A stretch of 64,000 nt of DNA from contig CAZYTH010000005.1 in assembly GCA_964649715.1 (NCBI GenBank), positions 1,765-65,764 on the forward strand. Direction: 5' to 3'. The translations under genes were made by a program, and so were the position numbers. Origin of the DNA: an uncultured Candidatus Saccharibacteria bacterium (GTDB lineage Bacteria > Patescibacteriota > Minisyncoccia > Phycocordibacterales > UBA12445). Under the pieces are notes generated by a model. The model did no database searches. It saw nothing but the letters and a program-made list of their open reading frames with translations, and was not told where the DNA came from. How positions within the stretch are numbered: position 1 is the stretch's first letter; every line of letters begins with the position of its first letter. Positions 17,573 to 24,887 of this stretch are shown here, piece after piece.

Positions 17573-17755
17573 GCCCAGCAGAATTATTCCAATATATGGA
17601 CAGTCCAATCGTCGGATCCACCTTGGGTGGATACTCAGTCTGGTTTCGAACTGCCTCTACCTATTGGTAGACAGGTTCCGGCAGGCAGGCTAACGAAAGC
17701 TATGGGTAATGGCTTTCTCTGGGCAGACAAAAATCCGCTCATCGCGGATTGTTTG
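17573..17755 (-). mobile_element. tRNA-associated element downstream of tRNA-Lys (with nested REP)
   Basis: Inverted 3'-end copy TTCGAA..CT-AAC[hairpin]T-CTGGGC at 17645-17724; direct copy GCCCAGCAGAATT at 17573-17585; REP 17651-17689. Confidence 0.55.
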
Positions 17756-17828
17756 TGCGCCCAGCAGGATTCGAACCTGCGACCATTTGCTTAAAAGGCA
17801 ACTGCTCTACCAACTGAGCTATGGGCGC
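17756..17828 (-). tRNA. tRNA-Lys (anticodon TTT)
   Basis: GCGCCCA/TGGGCGC acceptor, TAGCTCAGTTGGTAGAGC D-arm, loop CTTTTAA, GCAGG-TTCGAAT-CCTGC T-arm. Confidence 0.96.
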
Positions 17829-17890
17829 ATTTAATAACTAATGTGTAAAAAACAATAACAAAATTATCGCTACCTGTCCAATGACAACAC

Positions 17891-17917
17891 GATGAGCGAG
17901 GTTGAACCTCACTCATC
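17891..17917. repeat. REP palindrome at the RAYT 3' end (contains its stop codon)
   Basis: GATGAGCGAGGTT-G-AACCTCACTCATC. Confidence 0.85.
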
Positions 17918-18604
17918 ATTTTGTTCCATAATTAAATCTATGTCTCCATCATTCTTATTGTCCCTAATCCAATCTTCCATTTCTTTTTTATACTTCGCTT
18001 CCCCGCCAAGATAACCACTCATCCATTCTCGCGATGTAACAGATGGAAAATTTTTTATTCCTATATAATCTAAATAGCTACTCCATCTATAGTGATTCAA
18101 TTGTTCTATTTTTTCGGATGGCAATCCCTTGGATTTCTTTATGGGGTTATTGTGTATATAAAAAGGCAACCAACCAAAATGAGCTTCTTTTTTTATGTGG
18201 ACCGCCTTAAATCTTCCCTGAAACAAACCCCCCACTCTCTCATATTTTTGATTAAAATACATAGTATATCCAGTCCCCAGTTTCTGCATAAATTTTACGA
18301 TTCCATTCTCTTGTCTTTGTTTCAAAACCAAATGAAAATGATTGGGCATCAATGTAAAAATAATAACATCAACCAACCTTTTTCTATTCTTCACAAATGA
18401 GTGAGGTTCAACCTCGCTCATTGATCTATTATGTTCAATGTCACGACCTAAATTCTGAACTGGGGAATTATTATTAAATTCATAAAGACAGTGAATAAAT
18501 CTAAGATGGTCCTGCTTATCTAAAAAGATGTTTCTTTTTTCTACACCCCTATTATAAATGTGATAGAATTCATCTTCTATAAATTCCGGTTTTTTCTTTG
18601 CCAT
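17909..18604 (-). mobile_element. REP-associated tyrosine transposase (RAYT, Y1/HUH family)
   Basis: YHIYNRG...IF, LMPNHFHL (HUH), LFQGRFK, YIHNNP, YRWSSY; flanked by REP palindromes. Confidence 0.9.
18396..18422. repeat. REP palindrome inside the RAYT coding sequence
   Basis: AATGAGTGAGGTT-C-AACCTCGCTCATT, translated as MSEVEPHS. Confidence 0.85.
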
Positions 18605-18624
18605 AAACAAGAATACTATCATCC

Positions 18625-18653
18625 TTATGAGCGAGGTTCAACCTCACTCATAA
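18625..18653. repeat. REP palindrome upstream of the RAYT
   Basis: TTATGAGCGAGGTT-C-AACCTCACTCATAA. Confidence 0.85.
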
Positions 18654-18730
18654 AATAGGAAAAGAAAAAAGGCGTTCGGTTTAAAACCGAAACGCCCTGT
18701 GTAGGCTTTCGCCCGATGTGTGTGTGAAGA

Positions 18731-19198
18731 CTACTTCTTCTTCTTGCCGCCCTTACCCTTGTTCTTCTTGTTCTTGCCCCCATCGGAGGAGCCGCCCTTC
18801 CCTTTCTTCTGCTTCGGGGGCTTCACCTTGGGATGCCAAGTGCCGTTGGCCTTCCCCGCTTCGATGCCGGCCCAACGAGCCGGCTTGGCCTTGGACTTTT
18901 TCTTCGACCCAACGCGGGAACGATTCAGGATTGACGGTCGATACTCCTCCTGAATCAAACCCTTGATGTAGGCCGAGTGGATTCGACGAACCTGAAAAGC
19001 CTCCCTTTCCTCGGCGTCGAAAATCGCGCCGTTCTGGACTTCGATGATGTTGCCGAGCGTGAAGTCCTTGTTGACGGTCTGAACCTTCCAGTCTCCTTCA
19101 TTGTCGGGAAGATTGGAGAGATTCTCGAGAATAATCCCGAGACCCTCAAACACCGAGAGGAAAAACTTGATTACCTCACCGACACGGAAGTTCACCAT
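18731..19198 (-). CDS. Hypothetical GC-rich protein with Lys/Gly-rich C-terminal tail
   Basis: AAGGAGG SD and perfect promoter upstream; G/C-ending codons; tail KKGKGG...KNKKNKGKGGKKKK. Confidence 0.7.
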   Translation of the reverse strand: MVNFRVGEVIKFFLSVFEGLGIILENLSNLPDNEGDWKVQTVNKDFTLGNIIEVQNGAIFDAEEREAFQVRRIHSAYIKGLIQEEYRPSILNRSRVGSKKKSKAKPARWAGIEAGKANGTWHPKVKPPKQKKGKGGSSDGGKNKKNKGKGGKKKK

Positions 19199-19245
19199 AA
19201 AAATAGCCCTCCTTTTAAAATTTTGATGTTCTTAATTCTCTTTTA

Positions 19246-19274
19246 ATTATATACCTTTATTATGAATCTGTCAA
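19246..19274 (-). promoter_or_regulatory. Consensus sigma70 promoter
   Basis: TTGACA-17 nt-TATAAT on the minus strand. Confidence 0.8.
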
Positions 19275-19327
19275 CACCACCAAATAAAATTGTCTAAAAT
19301 ACAGATAATCAACGACTATCATCCCTT

Positions 19328-19401
19328 TTGTCATTCCCGACTTGATCGGGAATCCAGAAATTGTCTTTGAAACTGGATCCCCGTTTTCACGGGGATGACA
19401 A
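19328..19401. repeat. Composite palindromic element (GTCATTCCCG...CGGGAATCC type doublet)
   Basis: TTGTCATTCCCGACTTGATCGGGAATCCAG-spacer-CTGGATCCCCGTTTTCACGGGGATGACAA: two internal hairpins in inverted orientation. Confidence 0.75.
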
Positions 19402-19434
19402 CTAAAACCGAGTCGCACTAAGAAAAAACATGCA

Positions 19435-19493
19435 ACCCTGATTGGATAAAAATATATTCATCTAAAATGAATATATTTTTATCCAATCAGGGT
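19435..19493. repeat. Perfect 27-bp inverted repeat with 5-nt loop
   Basis: ACCCTGATTGGATAAAAATATATTCAT-ctaaa-ATGAATATATTTTTATCCAATCAGGGT. Confidence 0.85.
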
Positions 19494-19580
19494 AAAGAAA
19501 AAGGCGCTGAAGCTTGAGAGCTTAGCGCCTGAAATGGACATTTTGTTGATGGAGATGTCCATCTCCGATTCTGCACTAGG

Positions 19581-20459
19581 TTACTTCTTGTTGGTCGGGC
19601 GGAGTTTGGATAGAAGGTTGGCAACCACCGGAACCTTCTCGATCTGTGCCCTGAATCCCTCATCCATCCACTTGAAGTGAGCGAACAGGAATCCGCCGTT
19701 ACCGTTCTGATTCTTGCGCCGTTCCAAGATCGGAACATCGCGCTCGAGACCGAGCTCCACCTTGCCTTCAACGAGCTGAAGAGTCCGGACCTTGGCCCAG
19801 ATCTCCCCATCGAAGCCTGACTTGGTGGAGATTACCGCACAGGGGCCCGCCGACCCGTGGATGTGGAGTTCTCCCCGAATGACACGAGGCCAGTCGAAGA
19901 TTTCCTTTCCGTCGGCGAGTTTCTTCTTCTTGGTGAAGCCACGGGAACCCCATTGCCAGCGAGCCTCGGAGATGGGCAGGGTGATCAGGATCTCGGAGAT
20001 CCGCTTGGCCAACTTCAGCTTAAGCTGGTCAGCGACGGCCTTGGGCAGGATCCGGAATTCGCTACGGGAAAGACTGACCGGAACGCCCTCGGAGGTCTCG
20101 GCCTCCATCTGACCATCGGCCTTGACCGAGATCAAGACCAGGTGACCGCACTTGACCGCAGCACCGACATAGCCGGACCGCGGATCGATGGGGGGCAGCT
20201 CCTTCAGAGTGCCGTCTTCCATCTTCTTCTGGCGGCGGATGTTGGCCATGCCGTAGAGACCGTTGAGCTCGAACTGCTCGATCGGGCGAAGGGAGGTCTT
20301 CTGGACCGCCTCCATGACCTGGTCGGTGCCGGCGATCTGAAGATCGACGAGATCTTCGGTTTCCTTGAGGATGAACATGGGCTTGGCGGATGGATCGTCC
20401 TTGAAGGCGACCCATTCCAACACGAACCGTGGTCTGCTGTTCTGATTCTTGTTCTCCAT
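19581..20459 (-). CDS. Hypothetical GC-rich protein
   Basis: 292-aa ORF with AAGGAGG SD and strong G/C third-position bias; no family recognised. Confidence 0.75.
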   Translation of the reverse strand: MENKNQNSRPRFVLEWVAFKDDPSAKPMFILKETEDLVDLQIAGTDQVMEAVQKTSLRPIEQFELNGLYGMANIRRQKKMEDGTLKELPPIDPRSGYVGAAVKCGHLVLISVKADGQMEAETSEGVPVSLSRSEFRILPKAVADQLKLKLAKRISEILITLPISEARWQWGSRGFTKKKKLADGKEIFDWPRVIRGELHIHGSAGPCAVISTKSGFDGEIWAKVRTLQLVEGKVELGLERDVPILERRKNQNGNGGFLFAHFKWMDEGFRAQIEKVPVVANLLSKLRPTNKK

Positions 20460-20928
20460 AACAATTGCCCTCCTTTGGGCTTCGAAATTCAGAATGTACC
20501 CTTTCGCTAAACTACCTCTTCCTCCAAAGAAGATTTGATTAAGCGAAGGACACGCGCACGGCCGGGTGAAATTCCACGGCCAATTTTTAGAACAGTTTCC
20601 CTTCCTCCTTTTTCATTTAACATAGAATTGACATCGCTTTCCTTGTGACGGAATTTCTCCCGCCCAAGATGGCAGTGCCGAGTCCGGATGTTGTTGTTGA
20701 CTTAATCCACCTCCTTCTTTTTGAAATAACCTTTATTGCAATGAACAAACTTGATTTTGGTTTATAATACACAAAACTATATTTTTGTCAAGACAAATTT
20801 GCGATAATCTAAAATAACGGCTTAAAATAAAAATTTTTAGGAAACCGGGTTAATTAAGGTTATAAATATAGAATTCTTTAGCCAAAAAAATTAGCAGTGG
20901 TAATTCATTAACCCGGTTTCTTCTTGTT

Positions 20929-21666
20929 TTACAGATTTAGGATAAAACCCTCAAGGGCGTTATCAAATTCAGCCACCCCTCTTCTTGAGTCGTGATACAA
21001 AGATACAAGGTCACCATATAATTTTTTTAATTCTTCTTCACTAAAATTTTTGGAGTATTTTTTGGCCTTCATCAAAACAAAAGGGGCTATCTTTAGTTTT
21101 TCCACCGCCCTATCGCCTTTGTCTTCAGCAATCTTTGCCAAAAGCATATTTTTCACCTGCCAAACAAACTTCCAAAAAACTTCCTCGGGAGCGATGTCTT
21201 CTCTAATGGCTTTCTGATACAAAACCCATATTTTCTTTTTATCTTTTTCTCCGAAAGCGTCTGATATAGAAAAAATATTAAAACCCCTATCTTCCTTTTC
21301 TAGCCCGATTGGCAAATCAAAAGTAAAAATTTTCTCCGCACCCTTGGCTAGTTTAATGAAATCACCCTTTTTTATATTATCTTCAACAAAAATAAAAATG
21401 TTCGGAGAAGATCTAATCTCGTCTAATCTATCCAAAACAACTTCCTTCGCTTCATCATTTTTAAAAATATCCTCACAAATAATGAGAAATTTATCGGAAA
21501 AAAGACTTTGGCTACCTAAATGACCCAAAAAAGAACCTTTATCAAAAACATCCTCTGTGAATCTAAAAATATTTGAGTGAGGATTTTTCTTAAAAAAAGA
21601 TTCAACCGTCGTCTTTAATTTGGCGTGACTTTTTATTGTATCTTTGCCGTGAAATAAATACAGCAT
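20929..21666 (-). CDS. holA: DNA polymerase III delta subunit-like protein (short HolA)
   Basis: MLYLFHGKD start, SLFSDK, FNIFSISDA, PFV..K...YSKNFS.EEL; directly downstream of polA. Confidence 0.75.
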   Translation of the reverse strand: MLYLFHGKDTIKSHAKLKTTVESFFKKNPHSNIFRFTEDVFDKGSFLGHLGSQSLFSDKFLIICEDIFKNDEAKEVVLDRLDEIRSSPNIFIFVEDNIKKGDFIKLAKGAEKIFTFDLPIGLEKEDRGFNIFSISDAFGEKDKKKIWVLYQKAIREDIAPEEVFWKFVWQVKNMLLAKIAEDKGDRAVEKLKIAPFVLMKAKKYSKNFSEEELKKLYGDLVSLYHDSRRGVAEFDNALEGFILNL

Positions 21667-21745
21667 GTTTATAATGTTATCAAGTTATCAAGTTCATAAA
21701 GTTGTCGAGTTCACCGAAGGCGAAACTTTATAACATTATAACTTT

Positions 21746-24181
21746 TTAGCTTTCAACTTCTTTTAAATCTCCCCAGTTGTCCCCTACCGAAGCATCCACA
21801 AGTAACGGTAAATTAATTGAAACAGCATTTTCCATTGCGTGCTTTATCAAAGCAACGTTGTTGTTCAAGTGCTCGTCATCCTTAACCTCAAAAAGGAGCT
21901 CATCATGGACCTGAAGCAATAAGTGAACGCTGTCTTTTAACTTTTTCTCCTCAAGTTTTTTGTCCACATGAGAGATGGCGAGCTTGATTATATCACCCGT
22001 CGCACTCCCCTGAATAGGTGCATTCATAGCCATTCTCTCCGCCTCGCTTCTGATATATGGCAAGTGCGAATTAATCTCGGGAAAATATCTTCGCCTCCCA
22101 AAGTAGGTGGTTGTATAACCCCGACTTCTTGCCTCCGATTTAATTCTTTCAAAATATTCACGAACTCTTGGAAATTTATTGAAATATTCGTTGTAAAATT
22201 TCTCAGCCTCCTCTGTGGTGGTTCCAAGATTTTTCTTTAATGCCCTAACACCCATCCCGTATATAATACCAAAATTTATAACTTTGGCCTGCCTCCTCAT
22301 TTCTTTTGTGACGTCGCCCTCCGCAACACCAAATACTTTCGAAGCCACGCTTGCATGAATGTCTTTTCCATCCCTGAACGTCTGAATAAGCACCTCGTCC
22401 TCAGTGAGCCAGGCAAGAACCCTCATCTCTATTTGAGAATAGTCAAAAGCGCATATTTTATAACCTTTGGACGAGATAAATGCACGTCTCACCTCAGAAC
22501 CAAACTCTCCTCTCGCCGGAATGTTTTGCAAATTCGGATCGGTTGAAGACATTCTTCCTGTGGTTGTTCCCGTCTGATTTAAATGTGTATGAAGACGGCC
22601 ATTCTCGTCGACTTTTTCGGGGAGATTGTCTACATAAGTTGAAAGCAATTTTTGAAGGCCCCTATATTCAAGGATATCGGCAATTATCGGATGAACATCT
22701 TTTAGTTTTTCAAGCTCTGACTCTCTCGTCGATATCGAACCGCCTGCCGTTTTTTTTATTCCCTTTTTTGACAAAGCCATCTTTACAAAAAGTATTTCCC
22801 CTAACTGTTTTGGTGAATTTATGTTAAATTCCACACCTGCGTGCTTCCATATCTTAGCTTCGTAATCTGAAAGTCTCTTGTGATAGTCAACCGAAATATC
22901 TTTCAAATATTTTGTATCAAGAAGTATCCCTCTGTTTTCCGCATCTTCAATTATTTTTATTAAAGGTAACTCTATTTCATCATAAACCCTCCCAAGTCCA
23001 TCCTCTTTCATCCTTTCCAACAGTTTCTTTTCAACAACGTCAAAATCCTTACTGTCGGCAAATACATAGAGGTCTTCTGTCTTCGGATCGGTCTTGCTTG
23101 AGTCTATGAGCCAAAGAGCAATAAAGGCTTTTTTGAGACGAATGGGGTTTATTTCTATTTCATTTATATCTGAATTCACAGTTTCTGTGTTAGAACTCTC
23201 ACTTGGACTCCCGGAGTCCAAGTGATCAAACTTGCCAAGAAGCTCGTCCAAACGGCCAGGCAAAGTGCGGAACTCAAGATCAGTAAATATCTGTTTTGCA
23301 CTAGATACAACGAGAGACTCTTTCCATGTTTTTTGGGGTATTTCAAAATCTAAAGGCACGTCTCTTTTTATGGTCGCAAGTTTTTTTGAAAAAAATGCTT
23401 CTTCTTCACCATTTTTTAAGAGTTCTATCATTCGGGTCTTTATTCCAGCCTGCTCAAATTTTTTCTCACCATCTTTTTTGTTCAGAATCTCATAAATATT
23501 TTCAATAGTTCCAAAACTTTTTATAAGATTCTCAGCAGTTTTTTCTCCTATTCCCTTTATGCCGATAATATTATCCGACGGATCACCACGAAGACCCTTG
23601 AAATCACTCATGTATTTCGGAGAAAAACCGTACCTCTCCTCTATTCCCTTTTCGTCGTAAATAATTGTATCTTTTATTCCTTTATGAAGTGTATAGACAA
23701 CAACTTCATCATCTTCAATAAGTTGAGTGGTATCCAAGTCTCCGGAAGCGATAACAATCTGCACCTTACCACCATCAACCTTCATGTCTTTTACGTTCTC
23801 AGCAATCGTACCAATAAGATCGTCTGCCTCAAAACCCTCTTTCTCGTAATAAGGAATATTAAAAGCTTTAAATACTTCTCTTGATCTAATTATTTGCTCT
23901 ATAAGTGCGTCATCGGTCTTTTTTCTTCCAGCTTTATATCCATCGTACATTTCTTTTCTAAATGTAGGCTTGGGAAGATCGTAACAAGCTATAATATAAT
24001 CCGGTTTAAGATCACCGATAATCTTTATAATCATTAAAGACAACCCATAAAGCGCACCAGTGGGTTCACCTTTTGAAGTCGTAAAATCAGGAAGAGCGTG
24101 GTATGCACGATGAAGTATGGCATGAACATCCAACAACACCAGACGTTTCTTGTATTGTTTTTTAATTACCTTATGTTCCAT
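21746..24181 (-). CDS. polA: DNA polymerase I (5'-3' exonuclease + polymerase; 3'-5' exo region reduced)
   Basis: HRAYHA, EADD, GDPSDN, TGRMSS.DPNLQNIP, DYSQIEMR, AK.INFGIIYG, LQVHDEL. Confidence 0.97.
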   Translation of the reverse strand: MEHKVIKKQYKKRLVLLDVHAILHRAYHALPDFTTSKGEPTGALYGLSLMIIKIIGDLKPDYIIACYDLPKPTFRKEMYDGYKAGRKKTDDALIEQIIRSREVFKAFNIPYYEKEGFEADDLIGTIAENVKDMKVDGGKVQIVIASGDLDTTQLIEDDEVVVYTLHKGIKDTIIYDEKGIEERYGFSPKYMSDFKGLRGDPSDNIIGIKGIGEKTAENLIKSFGTIENIYEILNKKDGEKKFEQAGIKTRMIELLKNGEEEAFFSKKLATIKRDVPLDFEIPQKTWKESLVVSSAKQIFTDLEFRTLPGRLDELLGKFDHLDSGSPSESSNTETVNSDINEIEINPIRLKKAFIALWLIDSSKTDPKTEDLYVFADSKDFDVVEKKLLERMKEDGLGRVYDEIELPLIKIIEDAENRGILLDTKYLKDISVDYHKRLSDYEAKIWKHAGVEFNINSPKQLGEILFVKMALSKKGIKKTAGGSISTRESELEKLKDVHPIIADILEYRGLQKLLSTYVDNLPEKVDENGRLHTHLNQTGTTTGRMSSTDPNLQNIPARGEFGSEVRRAFISSKGYKICAFDYSQIEMRVLAWLTEDEVLIQTFRDGKDIHASVASKVFGVAEGDVTKEMRRQAKVINFGIIYGMGVRALKKNLGTTTEEAEKFYNEYFNKFPRVREYFERIKSEARSRGYTTTYFGRRRYFPEINSHLPYIRSEAERMAMNAPIQGSATGDIIKLAISHVDKKLEEKKLKDSVHLLLQVHDELLFEVKDDEHLNNNVALIKHAMENAVSINLPLLVDASVGDNWGDLKEVES
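23199..23225. repeat. 27-nt palindrome inside polA
   Basis: TCACTTGGACTCC-C-GGAGTCCAAGTGA; related to the intergenic doublet at 56914-56964. Confidence 0.75.
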
Positions 24182-24243
24182 AGAAATAAATCAAAATTTA
24201 AAATTATTTTTCCCTTTAATATTTTTATTTGTCATTTTGATTT

Positions 24244-24699
24244 TTAGATGACTTCCAGTCTTCTTGTCTCCGAGTCCACAAATTCAAACAGTATCTTTCT
24301 ATGTCCCTTTGGCATATGACCGCCAATCTTCTCCGGCCACTCAATAAAAATTATATTTTTTCTATCTGAAATAATATTTTTCCAGTCCAAAGGAATTATC
24401 TCATCGGGAGTTTCAAGACGATAAGCGTCGATGTGTATCATATTTTTAAAGTGAAAGTGGTCTTTCAGGGGATATCTTTTTTGTAAGACAAAAGTTGGAC
24501 TTATTATATTATCCTTAACCCCAAAAGTCTTTGCTATCCCTTGAACAAAAGATGTTTTTCCTGATCCCAAATCCCCATGAAGACCAATTACCGTAGCTCC
24601 TGAAGGCATTTGTCCATTTTTCAAAAGCGCATTCAAAGAAAAAACGAATTCCTCCGCAACCTTTTGTGTTTCTCCAAGATTTTTTGTGGTTATCTTCAT
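24244..24699 (-). CDS. tsaE: tRNA threonylcarbamoyladenosine biosynthesis ATPase TsaE
   Basis: GDLGSGKT, SPTF, HIDAYRL, IEWPE motifs. Confidence 0.96.
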   Translation of the reverse strand: MKITTKNLGETQKVAEEFVFSLNALLKNGQMPSGATVIGLHGDLGSGKTSFVQGIAKTFGVKDNIISPTFVLQKRYPLKDHFHFKNMIHIDAYRLETPDEIIPLDWKNIISDRKNIIFIEWPEKIGGHMPKGHRKILFEFVDSETRRLEVI

Positions 24700-24887
24700 T
24701 AAAATTAATACTATCATTTTTTAAACAAATTCAAAGCAGAAAATAATTGTGAAATTTTTAAACAAAAGTGATAAAATAGTAACTGTCAAGACTTTACATT
24801 ATTTTTTGTTTTTGTCCTGTTAGTAAAAAATTTGTTAATTAAGATAAAATGAGTAGGATGTAATTAAGAGTAAGAAAAAAAATAAAA

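Noticed and set aside
17891-18653. Three ~27-nt palindromic repeats as a CRISPR array
   Set aside because: Spacing is hundreds of nt and irregular, one copy is in a coding region, and no cas genes are present; they fit RAYT-associated REPs
19768-20510. Overlapping alternative and antisense ORFs (e.g. 19857..20510 +, 217 aa)
   Set aside because: Expected by-product of GC-rich codon bias on the opposite strand; SD and promoter support only 19581..20459 minus
20685-20705. AAC AAC AAC run (minus strand) as a DGR template repeat
   Set aside because: Flanks do not match the VR scaffold at 28230-28385
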